Below are positions 14,051-26,410 of a stretch of 64,000 nucleotides of DNA, in pieces. This DNA comes from Eledone cirrhosa (taxonomy: Eukaryota), in the NCBI GenBank assembly GCA_964016885.1, contig OZ024742.1, forward strand, positions 350,548,001 to 350,612,000. The letters run 5' to 3'. The notes beneath the pieces were generated by a model. The model worked only from the letters and a program-made list of their open reading frames with translations, was not told the origin of the DNA and did not search any database. The position numbers and the translations under genes were made by a program. How positions within the stretch are numbered: position 1 is the first letter of the stretch; each line of letters starts with the position of its first letter.

Positions 14051-14741
14051 ACATCGCCTCTCACCTTCCCCCCATCTCTGTCGTTCGCCACCCCCACCGA
14101 TACTCCCCCACTCTCCATATTCGTGTCCGCATGCGCGCATGCACATACATGTGTGTACATATACATATGGCTGTGTGTGAGCGTATGCCGATATGTGTGG
14201 GCAAGGATGTGCGTATGTGTTTTATGTTGTGTGTGTTTATACAACAATATATGAGCACATATATACATATATGTGTGTACGTATACGTATATACAAGGTA
14301 TCTGTCAGACGAAGAGCGTCTAACTATGTATCTATGCAAGGACCTGACGCCACCAATACATCCACGACACCACCACAAACGCTGCTACCATAGACAAAGG
14401 CACCACTACCACACCCCCACCTACACGCCAACCCGTCTACTGACAATCTACTAACCTCATACCACAGCTCATCCCACTAAATAACCTTAACCACCACCAT
14501 ATCATCACATCCACCCCCACATACTCTACACGCCAAAACCAACCCACCACCACCACACCACAGCCCACCCCATCCACAGACCGTCACCAACATCTCACCA
14601 TCACACCCACCCCCATATACACTACAGGCCAGTACATCGCCTTGATCCTTCTCACCAATCAAAACATCTCATTTTGTCAAACTCTTGAAACTCTGACTTT
14701 ACCACATAGCATGTATTTCATTTTCTTATAGCATTTTAAGA

Positions 14742-14828
14742 GGGTCCGTCGAGCTGACGATTATTGAGTCGGGTAGGATCGATATAGATCGAACCTTGAG
14801 CTGATCAGTGGCGAAACGCGCGTCACCT
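14742..14828 (+). ncRNA. Type I HHR variant with long stem II (mirror at 10122-10207 minus)
   Basis: GGT-CCGTCGA-[GCTG..TGGC]-GAAAC-GCGC-GTC-ACC; related copy at 52959-53045 has core CCGACGA. Confidence 0.6.
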
Positions 14829-15360
14829 ATCAATAATTGCAATGAAGGAATAATCAATCGTCCCTTTTTATCCTTTCTATATTTTACACTCTGTATAGCT
14901 CTACACATCATCACAGAAGTGAACCTAAACATCGAGTGCTCACCCTGGTGAACCTGCAGTAACTCCTAGTTACACCCACCGGATATATATATATAATATA
15001 TATATAAAGATTTACATATACACAAAGTCACAGATATATATATGGCAACCATTCACGATGTGGCTCAATGAAGAATTAATAAATTAAATAATCAGAGCAA
15101 TATATCATAAATTATGTCCATAGAATCATTTGATAAAATATATACACTATTTCCTCGCCCAATTAGGATAATTAACCACATAAAAAATCAATTAGACCAG
15201 GATATAAGAATAAAGGCTCCTATGAAGAAACGGCCGACCGCAATAGAATATTTACCTAACATTTCAACAGCATGTAGAAATCGACTAAATATACCGTCAA
15301 CCATACACAATTAGGTATAGAATTAAAGTTAGAAGAAATGCGTACCCTGTTACCGTGATT

Positions 15361-15443
15361 ATGTCCCTACCCTGGGGTTTCGTTCGCGTTTTGAGATATC
15401 CTATTAAGGATAAATCTCGAGTATCGAACTCATCAGGAGATAC
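15361..15443 (-). ncRNA. Type I hammerhead ribozyme in a PLE pseudo-LTR fragment (~15010-15487)
   Basis: Minus strand: ATCTC-CTGATGA-GTTCG..GAGAT.TATCCT..AGGATA.TCTC..CGAAC-GAAA-CC-CCAG-GG-TA-GGGA. Confidence 0.75.
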
Positions 15444-15500
15444 ACTCATAGGACAGTTAATTTTCCAAAGTGATCCTCGCCAGAAATATTTATATATATT

Positions 15501-15553
<53 letters not shown>

Positions 15554-15609
15554 CACACATATATACATATACATATGTACGTATGAGTTATTTCGAACAT
15601 TAATAATTT

Positions 15610-15785
15610 TTTTCTACATTTGGCACAAGGCCACCAATTAATCAGTACATTACTGCTACTTTATTTTAACGACCCTGTAAGGATGAAAAGCATAGGTAAC
15701 CTCGGCGGGATTTGAACTCATAATGGCCAGGGCCGTAGCTCTGCATCAAAGCATGGCGTCCAACCCTCTACCGATACTGCCAAGC
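15610..15785 (-). mobile_element. SINE S1 copy
   Basis: Reverse complement of the S1 consensus including the B-box (GGATTTGAACTC on plus). Confidence 0.8.
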
Positions 15786-15800
15786 CACCAATAATATTCT

Positions 15801-15964
15801 ATTCGTTTGTAAACAAACGAGCCCGATTAGAAGCCGTGCCGGTGACCAATCGTCACCTCTTTGTTGAATACTGACTTTCAGGAACAACAAGGAGCCTCAT
15901 TTGCATACGGAGCGAGTTGCAGCTGGTCTTGCTTCTAATCGGCCTCGTTTGTTAACAAACGAAT
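15801..15964. mobile_element. MITE-like 164-bp element with 34-bp terminal inverted repeats
   Basis: ATTCGTTTGTAAACAAACGAGCCCGATTAGAAGC matches the reverse complement of 15931-15964 at 32/34. Confidence 0.55.
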
Positions 15965-15971
15965 CGGACAT

Positions 15972-16148
15972 TGGCAGTACCGGTAGAGGTTCGACTCCAT
16001 GCTTTGCAGCAAAGTATTACGGCTCTTTATGGTCTGAGTTCAAATCCCGCCGAGGTTAACTTTGCTTTTCATCCTTACAGAGTCCATAAAATAAAGTACC
16101 AGTAATACACTGGGATAATTGCTGGCCTTGTGCCAAAAGTAGAAACAA
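15972..16148 (+). mobile_element. SINE S1 copy
   Basis: TGGCAGTACCGGTAGAG..GAGTTCAAATCCCGCCGAGG..GTGCCAAAAGTAGAAACAATT. Confidence 0.85.
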
Positions 16149-16241
16149 TTATTAATGTTCGATATAACCCATACGTACATATGTATATGTGTGTGTGTGT
16201 GTGTGTGTGTGCGTCTCTCTCTCTCTCTATATATATATATT

Positions 16242-16320
<79 letters not shown>

Positions 16321-16417
16321 TGTGTATATAGGTATGTATGTGCGTATGCATACTTACTTTTATGTATCAGCTGTGCTAGAGTGAAAAATAAAATTCTTAG
16401 AGAGAGAGAGAGGGAGT

Positions 16418-16533
<116 letters not shown>

Positions 16534-16709
16534 GGATAGGGTAAAATTCATAAAAGGCCAGTTTTGTAAAGAAATATTCTGGTTTCCGAAGCACATTCAA
16601 AGAGCTTCTTCTGTGTTGAAAATAATTTCAAAGAAACGTCATATACTCGTGGACAATTTGCACATTATGAAAGGATTAAAAAATTAATCCATAGTAATAG
16701 CAAAGCTCG

Positions 16710-17075
16710 TATATACATGTTTTATATAAATATGCATGGTTTATACACATATACATGTTTTATACACATATACATGGTTTATACACATATACATGGTTTA
16801 TACACATATACATGTTTTATACACATATACATGGTTTATACACATATACATGTTTTATACACATATGCATGGTTTATACACATATACATGGTTTATACAC
16901 ATATACATGGTTTATACACATATACGTGGTTTATACACATATACATGTTTTATATACATATACATATTTTATATACATATACATATTTTATATACATATA
17001 CATGTTTTATATACATGTTTTATATACATGATTTATATACATGTTTTATATACATGTTTTATATACATGTTTTTT
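16710..17075. repeat. 19-bp minisatellite (ATGGTTTATACACATATAC)n decaying into shorter units
   Basis: Direct inspection. Confidence 0.9.
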
Positions 17076-17312
17076 ATAAGTATACATATTCCTTTTTATA
17101 AATATGCATGTTTCTATATAAATGTAGATATTTTTTATTTGTAATTTGTTTTCTAAATTTATGGTTTTAAATGAAAAATAATAAATTATAGATTTTGATA
17201 TGTGGTTGGTAAAAAGATTATGCATAGAATAGTGTGTATGTATATTAGAATAACTATACTGGAGTTTCGTTGGCCTGGAGATGAGTGTGTTGATAGCGTA
17301 AGTTTCATTTCT

Positions 17313-18082
17313 ACTTGAAACATGTCCACTAGAACAAACTTGCAACACTCCGACAATGATATACCAAGCAGAGGTTACCTCCACCAACCAGAACCACCAA
17401 ACTGAAGCCTGGACCTATGTCGGTTTGTCCGAGAACCGGTTTAAAAACCAGTACCTGAATCACGAAAGAACCTTCAGATATCCCAACAAAAAACATTCCA
17501 CTTAACTAGCAACTCACTTATGGAGCCATAAGAACAACGGCACGCATTTTCCCCCATCAAATGGAGGATATTAGAAAGATCTACCATATGCGCGAACGAG
17601 GCGAAATTTTGTCGACTTTGTCATTCTGAAAAATGGTGTATACTCTCATAATAAGCTTCAGATAAGCACAGCCTCAACACACGGCTTGATTGCTTTGGCA
17701 GTTGTTTCCATGAGAAGAAGTATATTTTGGGTAAATGGCTTAGGCCTGAATAAAAGGTCTAGAAGTATAATTTGATTTACTGACTATTTTGTATTTCAGG
17801 GAAATTGGATTCTTTGCGTCAGCTAGACAAAATTATTTTTCTTCTATTTTTCTTCAAGCTTGACTGTGGTCTCACAAGAGTTACCCCTCCTTGATCTTAC
17901 TTTTTAATTAAAAGAAAACGAGCCTTTTTCTAAATAATTTCCAAATTCCCTGCCTTTGTTTAGGAAGGAAAAATCAAACCTAGGCGGCCATATTTATTTT
18001 TATTTTCCTTATGACAGGCTGAATGAGTTGGTGTCCAGAAGCCAACAAAACTTAAGTACCTGGTTATGTTACTGTTGTAATT
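17313..18082 (+). mobile_element. Decayed PLE 3' end: GIY-YIG remnant (17313-17753), 3' UTR and degenerate HHR (18015-18062)
   Basis: TCPLEQTCNTPTMIYQAEV..TYVGLSENRFKNQYLNH..CRLCHSEK..SCFHEKKY with stops; CAGG-CTGAATGA-GTTGG..CCAAC-AAAA-CTTAAG-TA-CCTG. Confidence 0.75.
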
Positions 18083-18101
18083 ATATATATATATATATAT
18101 A

Positions 18102-18640
18102 CGTGGAAAAGTAAGAAATCGGAGAACACACCGTTAATAGATGTTTATTTAAAACAGCACATAGGTACGTTTCGCCCGGATGGGTTTCTCAAGGGCATAA
18201 ATAACTAAAAGTGTTCCTTACATGGCCCGAAAAGTGTTTTTGGGGGTAAGTTCACGTCATAGTTCATTCTTCGCAAAAAAACGCGTGTTTTGATTTTGCA
18301 GTAGGACCTACTGCAAAATCAAAACACGCTTTTTTTACGAAGAATGAACTATGACTTGAACACTTTCCGGGCCATGTAAGGAACACTTTTAGTTATTTAT
18401 GCCCTTGAGAAGCCCATCCGGGCGAAACGTACGTAGGTGCTGTTTTAAATAAACATGTATTAACGGTCTGTTCTCCGATTTCTTACTTTTCCACGAGCTT
18501 ACGCTCTGCTAACTCTCTCGCCCACTAAATATTAACACTTCTAATATTTAATACTGCCGGCACTACTATTGAGCACCTTCTGCATACGCTATTTGGCAAA
18601 TAACTACATGTATCACCTATTCTTCTTTTTTTCTCTCTCT
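18102..18640 (+). mobile_element. Fold-back PLE pseudo-LTR (palindrome 18102-18495, axis ~18306) with tail; HHR at ~18398-18440
   Basis: ~200-bp inverted arms; core TTGAGAA (U3-A8), stem II GCCC-ATCC-GGGC, GAAAC-GTAC-GTA. Confidence 0.75.
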
Positions 18641-19059
18641 CGATACGTAAATACTCTCTCTCTCTCTATATATATATATATATTTAATTATGTCTTATAT
18701 AAAATAATACAACTGGCTATCCGCAAAATACGTATAGTTAGCACCCCAAACATATAATTGGGATTATACTAAGGTAAATCCTAATGTTTGTTGAGTGAGA
18801 CAGAAGTCGGTCGGAGTATTGCTTAAAGCTTTCTCTGTTATTGTATTAAATATATATATATAGAGATATATTTTGTTTGTAATTTGTTTTCCAAATTTAT
18901 GGTTTTAAATGAAAAATAATAAATTATAGATTTTGATATGTGGTTGGTAAACAGATTATTTTATTAAATATATAAATATATATATATATATATAGATACA
19001 ATATAAAATATAATAACTTTATAACAATATACAATATACAATATAATAACTTTCAAAAA

Positions 19060-21010
19060 ACCATTTATCCTAATACTCCAATATACGTTAATAACATTAC
19101 TAACACAATTCCTAATAATCAGACTAAAACACCTAAATCATTTAATCTAACTAAACATATATATAATAAATTCACTAATACTAATTCTCTTAGTAAACTT
19201 CCTGATACATCGTATAAATATAAAAATCAACATCGAAACCGTAATAGATGAGTTACTTGGTATAATGCTCCATTTAATCTACAAATTAAAGATAATATCC
19301 TTAAAATCTTTTTTACTATCCTAGAGAAAAACTTACCGCCAAACCATAAATACCATCAAATTTTAAATAGATCAACGGTCAAATTTCCCTACTCCACTTC
19401 CAAAAATATGCAACAAAATATAAGTGCCTGCAATGCATATAAATGTAAAAAAACCATGAATATACAACCAACACATCAAACTAACCATAATACTAAAATA
19501 AACTGCAACAAACCACCATCTCCTTCACATATAATAAGTCGACTAAATTCCACATCAAATTTGACTAACTCCCCTGATATAATATTCACGAACGGTTGTA
19601 ACTGTAGAAACAAAGGAAATTGCCCATTAAAAGGAAATTGTCTTATTAATAACATAGTATATAAATGTAAGATTAGCACTAAGGAGTCAACTTATTCTTA
19701 TATAGGAGCTACTTCTAACCAATTTAAAGTAACACAGTTTTAAAAATGCTGCATTAGCTAATACAACATCCTTGGCTGAAATAATTAATAATTATAGAAA
19801 AAAGAATATCGATTATAACCTGACATGAAGTGTGCTCAAAAGGGCCACCCCTTATCAAAATAGCAGATATGAGTGTAGATTATGTTCCCAAGAACTTTTT
19901 GAAATAATGAAATCTAAGGATATCCTATTAGATAAGCGACAAGAATTAATTATATCTTGCAATCATAGAATTAGAAGAACTTTCAAATATTATAAACCTA
20001 ATTAATATACACCTTACACTTATACTTTACAAATTATTAAAATTTGTTTTTTTAATTTAGTTAACCTAAAATTAGTATTTTACTACTGAGAACTTCATAA
20101 TTTTATTTCGCTTTTACAGTTCTCTTTTCCTAAAATTAATACCTATAAGTATACATATAAACTATTTTAATTTCCTGTTATGAATCTAAATTCCTTGTAG
20201 TCTATATAAGTTCGTTATTTCTCACTAATACATTTATCCAAAAAATTTGTTTCATTTATTTTTAACAACATTCTTTAATAACATCTAACTCTTATTTATC
20301 ACATCTATATGAATAAATATGAATTTATCCCTATAAGTATACCTATCAATTAAATTAATTTAATTTCTTTTTATAGATCTAAATTCCTTGTATTTTAAAT
20401 AAGATTGATATTTCTCACTAACACATTTACCCTAAAATGTTATTCTCCTTCGATTTTAACGTTAGCATTATTCTTTAATAACATCAAATTTTTGTGTACA
20501 TTTCACCAGCTTGACCTCTTTTCATCCCCAAAGTAATCCTTTCATTCAAAGTAGTCTTTCAATTCAAAACTTAAGTTTGCACTCCGCTACCCCTAAATCA
20601 AATTTCTACTACTACTATTCTACCAACTTGACCACTTACTACTTTTCTATTGGTCAATTCAAGAACTGTTCCCAAACAGACCTATTATATTAAATCTTTG
20701 TTGTTTTTTTTCAATAAACATATATTATTATTTCTGAAGACAGCGGTGAATTGGCAGTATCGGTAGAGGGTCGGACACCATGCTTTGACGTATAGAGTTA
20801 CGGCCCTTGCCATTCTGAGTTCAAATCCCGCCGAGGTTAACTTTGCCTTTCATCCTTACGGGGTCGATAAAATAAAGTACCAGTAATGTACTGTGTAATT
20901 GCTGACCTTATACCAACAAACTCATATATATATCCTAAAAACGATCGTAAAATGATGAATTTTTTAATATAAGGAACTGTTTCTTTGTTTTTATTCATTG
21001 TTTTTATTAA
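19060..21010 (+). mobile_element. PLE (family C) 3' fragment: linker and GIY-YIG remnant (19060-20005), 3' UTR and pseudo-LTR
   Basis: VTWYNAPFNLQ, CNCRNKGNCPLKGNCLINNIVYKC, YIGATS, CRLCSQE; homologous to 50329-51200 and to 47220-48040. Confidence 0.9.
20745..20909 (+). mobile_element. SINE S1 copy occupying stem II of the family C HHR
   Basis: S1 sequence lies between CTGAAGACAGC and ATACCAAC..AAACGATCGTA; compare the uninterrupted copy at 47262-47403. Confidence 0.85.
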
Positions 21011-21043
21011 TTTATATATATATATATTTATATATATAGATAA

Positions 21044-21238
21044 GTTATTCCGGGTTGAATCGGAGGTAACCACAGTAAGCAAGGTACTCAATACATAGCA
21101 GAGTATAAACGTGTTAATATAGGAGAGCTTCTACAGGACTAGAACTGTTTCATTCGTGAGAAATCATCAGGAGCTTCCTGATGATTTCTCACGAATGAAA
21201 CAGTTCTAGTCCTGTAGAAACTCTTCTATTTTAAAACT
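21044..21238. mobile_element. Short fold-back HHR element (family D) with ~75 nt tail
   Basis: Palindrome centred ~21174; plus-strand HHR 21171-21223: GAGCTTC-CTGATGA-TTTC TCAC GAAT-GAAA-CAG-TTCTAGTC-CTG-TA-GAAACTC. Confidence 0.8.
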
Positions 21239-21264
21239 ATATATATTTATATATATATATTTTT

Positions 21265-21455
21265 TTTATAGAAGGAGCTTCTACAGGACTAGTACTGTTT
21301 CATTCAGATGAAATCTTCAGGAAAGAAGATTTCATCTGAATGAAACAGTACTAGTCCTGTAGAAGCTCCTTCTATAAAATAATAAAAAGATTTTACTCTG
21401 CCATGTATTGAGTACCTTACTTACTGTGGTTATCCCCGACTCAACCCGGGACCTA
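21265..21455. mobile_element. Second family D fold-back HHR element in opposite orientation
   Basis: Palindrome centred ~21322; minus-strand core CTGAAGA, GAAA-CAG-TACTAGTC-CTG-TA; tail is the reverse complement of 21044-21110. Confidence 0.8.
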
Positions 21456-21457
21456 CG

Positions 21458-21488
<31 letters not shown>

Positions 21489-21489
21489 C

Positions 21490-22430
21490 CCAGTGAAAAA
21501 TAGTTTAATTAGGAATAAGTATAAATTAGTAATAAATATTGGTTAGTATTCAGTTTTAGTTTTAAGTTTTTACCGGTTGCGTATTTCTAATGCTTTTCAA
21601 AAGTGAAGAAGAAGGAGTCAACTCCTTCTTCCTCACTTTTCGTTGCTTTACCATCTTTGTTTGTTTACACTCTCGCTCGTTCCCCTTCTTTACGTGTCCC
21701 AACGACTTTCTTTAGCCGTTGCTCGCACCAACCGGAGGTATATGGTCTTTAAAGCGATGAAATACCAAATGATGGTTGGAAGATCACTGATGAAGGACTA
21801 AGTGTATTCATATGTAACCCTTATGCAACCACACAGCACGTTTGTTCTCATCTTCACACATATATTTTCCGCCGATGTGACCCGTCTATTTCGTTCTTAC
21901 TGCTTCCTCTTTCTCTGTATCATTACCTTCTCTAACAGTCACTCTCTCTGTTAGCCTATTGCTCAGCCTTCACTCACTCACTCTCTGCTACTACCTCTCC
22001 TACTTCCACCCGTTTGACCTGTGCGTAATTCTTTTCTCTCGCACGCTTGACCAGGCTGGTTCCCCTTTTCTCTCTCTCGTCTACGAATTCACAGAACTTA
22101 TGTTCACCGAATTCACGGACTGGACTCCTTCTTCCTCCCGTTTGACCTGTGCGGTATTCCTTCCTTGCTCACATTTCGACTCTGTTTGATGGTCTTTATT
22201 CTCTCTCGTTCACGATTTCACCAAACTTATATTCATGGAAATCTGGGACTTGACTCCTTCTCCTCACTTTTCGTTGCTTTACCATCTTTGTTTGTTTACA
22301 CTCTCGCTCGTTCCCCTTATTTACGTGTCCCAACGACTTTCTTAAGCCGTTGCTCGCACCAACCGGAGGTATATGGTCTTTAAAGCGATGAAATACCAAT
22401 GATGGTTGGAAGATCACTGATGAAGGACTA

Positions 22431-22431
<1 letters not shown>
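21490..22431. mobile_element. PLE-type pseudo-LTR fragment with ~180-bp direct repeat (21621-21800 vs 22253-22431)
   Basis: Both repeats end at CACTGATGAAGGACTAA (partial HHR core); 21540-21602 matches 63926-63993 inverted. Confidence 0.6.
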
Positions 22432-22483
<52 letters not shown>

Positions 22484-22513
22484 AAATAAAAAAATGGTTA
22501 AAAGAGTTCCATG

Positions 22514-22584
22514 TATTTTATTATGCGCATTTCAAAAACAAATATCATCATGGGATGATATTTGCGTTCTCTTCACATAAAATA
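22514..22584 (-). ncRNA. HHR remnant (core GTGAAGA, C3 mutated), same family as 6324-6392
   Basis: TATTTTAT/ATAAAATA stem I, perfect CAAATATCATC/GATGATATTTG stem II segment, GAAA-TGCGCA-TA. Confidence 0.6.
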
Positions 22585-22688
22585 GGGAGACATGATATGA
22601 AGCTTAAAAAACACTTGTGAGCAGTGACGTGTCAAATCAACATATGCTTGCATTGCTTTATTGTGCTACAATAAAACTCACCTCCTAC

Positions 22689-22745
<57 letters not shown>

Positions 22746-23059
22746 AAAATACTTGGAATGCGGCGAGCAAAGTTTTAGAATTGAAATAGCAATAAAAAAA
22801 ATCGTCGTAATATGGACTACATAATATAAATTTCTATTTATTGCCACAAGGGCACAAAAGGAGGGTACAAATACAAGGGGGGAGGGGAGTTTACACAAAA
22901 GAACGAGTAAAAAACAAATAACAAATATAAAATTAACAATAAAGTCCTCAATAGGGAGGAGGCGTTTTAGGGGGTCGCACACACCCCTGAAAAAGTGTAC
23001 AACCCTTCTCTTCAGGAGCACAGAGAGAGGGTGCTCTCTTGTTCCTTCATCTTTTTCAC

Positions 23060-26000
23060 CTACAGGCGGATATAGAGAGTAGGCCCATTCACACGGGCCA
23101 TTCTCGCCACTTTCACCCACCTTTCATAAAACTGGCTGGGGTGGAGCACCTCTCTCTCCATCCTGATCCTTCTTCCGAAATGATATCGGAAGAAAAGGAC
23201 CAGTTGTTGGCCGGAGAGAAAGGTGCCCGACCTCAGCCCTTTCAAACGCGTCCACCACACGGCCTCTTTCACCATGGCTATTACGCACAGAAACACCGCC
23301 TCTCCTTCATTTTTGAAGGAGGACGGCGGCTTGATCGTTATAATGGACTCGGTGGTCAACCTAATTGGTCCCACCCGTGACAGCAGTCGTTCGACATAGC
23401 CCCACAGATCGGCGACGCCCGGGAAGTGTACCAATGCATGCGCCACGGTTTCCCCGTCGCACACGCATCTGGGATAGATCTTTTTCGAGGGGTACCTACC
23501 CGGGCGCCCGTGTTTGTAGAGCTTTTCTTGAACGGGCAGAACCCCTCGGTAGCACAGCAAGGCCAGGGACCTCTGGAAGTTGTCCATAGGTCCCGGGCTA
23601 AATGTCCTACCGAACAGGCTGGCTAGTTCGTCTTCCTCCATGTCTAGGGCTTCTCCGAGGGCGTCGTCGCACCTGCTGCGCACCAGCCCTCTATAGAATG
23701 TCGAGGTGGAGCCTCCACTGATAGCCGGGTCCGCCTGCCAGAGAGCCGTGAGCGGTGAGTGAGACGAGTCTCCGAAAGGTTCGTCTCGAAAACGGGGCCC
23801 ACGGCGGTTGACCGGTGAGGAATACCTGGAGGTGTCGTAGCCTTAATGCGTGTTTACTCATCAACAGCCACGGCATCCCCAGCCCTCCTTTCGAATGGTG
23901 TTGACAGCAGATGGATCTCCTCACCAAAGGAGCCCGCTTTTCCAAAGGAATTGGAAGAGTGCGCGCTCCATTTTGGTGAGCGTTTCTCTTGGGCAAGGCA
24001 CGACGGTCAGGCGGCAGTAGATGACGGACGCTATATAAGTGTTCGCCACCTCCGCCCGACCTTTCTGGGATAGTTTGCACTCGGCCCACTTCTGGGTCAG
24101 TGCAAACACCATGTTCGTTACCTCACCCCAGTTCTTCTCCACCTGGAGGTCTGGTCCGAAACAGACTCCGAGCTACTTCACCTGGCCCTCCGTCCAGCGT
24201 CCGACGACGCTATCGGAGCGTATCGGTGCCGAGTTGCAAACCGATCGATTTGTCCCGGTTCAGCTTAGCCCCTGTAAACCTTTCGTACCAGTAAGCTGCC
24301 GATCGCCTCGATTTCCGAGTTGGTCGACACCATTACTGTTACGTCATCGGTGTAGGCAGACACCGCTTTCCGCAATCCCGGTTCCAAAGGGATTACCTGC
24401 AACAACTCCAACTTCTGCGGCAGTGGCTCGAGGGCCAGCACATAGAGAAGGGAGGAGAGAGGGTACTCCTGTCGGATCGACCGCGTGATTTTGAACGGCT
24501 ACGAGAGATAGCCGTTCACCTTGACTCTAGAGCAGATGCGGCTGCTGTGCATGGCAGTGATCCAGCCCCTGAAAACGGTTCCGAAACCTGCCGCAGCTAG
24601 CACCGCATCCAGGTAACCATGGTCGATCCTATCGAACGCCTTACATTGATCCAAGTTGATCTGGGCCCCACCAAAGCCGGGTTCGTTCCCAACCCTCTCT
24701 ATCATGTATCGCATAAGGTGGAGGTTGTCGTGGATGGACCTGGACGGGATAGTACATGTCTGCGCATCTCCCACCAGGTTGCCCACAACATGCGCCAACC
24801 TCTTTGCTAACACCTTGGCCAAAATCTTTAACTCTGCATTTAGCAGAGTTATGGGACTGAAATTACTTATTTCGTCTCCCTTGTTCTCGTCCTTCCTCAC
24901 TAGCGAGACTACGCCCTTGGTCACCGAACAGAGAATTCTTCCGTTCTGTTGCCAGTTGTAGTAGACCGCCTCGAGGAGATCGGGGAACAAGTCCGGCATA
25001 GCTAGATATAGTTCGTATGGAAGACCATTGAGACCCGGGGATTCGCGTTTACCGCATTGGCTCAGAACGTCTCCTATTTCAGCAGCTGAAATCGGCCCCT
25101 CGCAGGACTTCGCCTCCTCGTCTGAAAGACTCGATAGGCCATCGACGTATGGACCGAAGTACACATCCCCATCCGGCCCCCGCCCCTCCCGAACAATCGT
25201 GCAAAGGGCCTTTGAAAGGCCTCACACATCTGCTTATGTTCAAGGATCACCCGTCCATCCTGGTCTCGCAAATACCGGATAGGGGATCTAATCCCTCTTT
25301 TGGCTTCTGTCACACGGGCCCAGCTGGCAGCTTTGGTCCCTCGTTTCCTAGAGCACGTATTTTGCTTCGGACAACGCAGCCTTCGTGCTTCGCATCAAAG
25401 AACTGGCCCAAGGCCGTTCTCGACGCTAACACTGGCCACGTCGCCGCTTCTATTTGCCTCCTCTACACTATCTACCAACTCCCTTTCCTTCCTATTTCTA
25501 TCTGAGGCTAACTCCTTACTAAATCCTATTGAAACTACTCTAATCTCTCTTTTGAGAGATCCCCACCACCTGCTGTTGACGATCGCTCCCGTTAACCGCT
25601 GCTTAACTAAAGTACTAATCCGGTCCCTGTACACTTTAGTTGCCGGTAAGTACAAGTTCAGTTTCCAGTAACCAGGTCCCTGTCTATGGGTTCTATCAAG
25701 GTTGAGTATGCAGGTCACTAATTTGTGATCCGAATAGCCAAACATGAGCATCTCTGGACAGCTTAAAAGGTCCCTATCCTTATTTTTAACTAGGACCCTA
25801 CCTATGTACGACCTAGATGATCTGCTGCGGTGTGCCCAAGTCCAGGTTGGCGCAGTCGGAAAATCTAGTCGATATCTATCGGCCAGGTCAAATTGGCCGA
25901 TTAACTCCTTGAGGCTGTTACACCCCCCTCTATCGGGAAATGCACCTACATAGTCCCAACGTGCATCTAGGATACCATTCCAGTCTCCCACTAAAAGCAA

Positions 26001-26410
26001 GGAGCGGGACGACCCCAGAAAAGTCTCCAGACGTTGCAAGAAGTCCGGCTGCACCGATCCAAAAGGGGCGTAGGCGGCGACCAGCCTAAAGGCTCCGCCT
26101 TCACCACTACCAACGTCTAAAATCACCAGTCGACCCTCCGGGACCAGATGTACCGTCTGTGCGGCGAGTCCTAGATGTTTTTGCAGCAGAACGAAAACCC
26201 TACTCCCACCTCCGGGCTGACAGACAGAGAGATGCGTGCATCTCAAAGTCATCAAAGGTGGGGGGCTAGCTGGCGCACGCTGCTGATCCGGGCCTCGCAA
26301 ATGACCATCACATTTATACAGCGTGACCTGAGGTCATTCAGAAGTTTTGCTTGCTTCCAATATGAGCCCAGGCCATGCGCATTTACACAAGCCACTCTCA
26401 ATACAGCCAT
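23060..26410 (-). pseudogene. ORF2: APE endonuclease, RT and C-terminal Zn motif, multiple frameshifts and stops
   Basis: MAVLRVACVNAHGL, LVAAYAP, LVGDWNGILD, SDHKLV, GYWKLN, SPGLNGLPYELY, PITLLNAELKILAK, LDQCKAFDRIDH, SAYTDDVT, PRC..ETVAHAL. Confidence 0.9.

Larger units (their letters stand above)
10080..14982 (-). mobile_element. PLE (family B): 5'-truncated body with inverted copy of its 3' end (10080-10887 vs 14047-14876) and ~105 nt tail
   Basis: RT and GIY-YIG at 12332-14050; ~2.2 kb 3' UTR; ~0.8 kb inverted repeat; flanked by (GA)n and (TA)n. Confidence 0.9.

Noticed and set aside
16710-17075. Regular short repeats as a CRISPR array
   Set aside because: Head-to-tail 19-bp minisatellite with no unique spacers, no cas genes, eukaryotic context.
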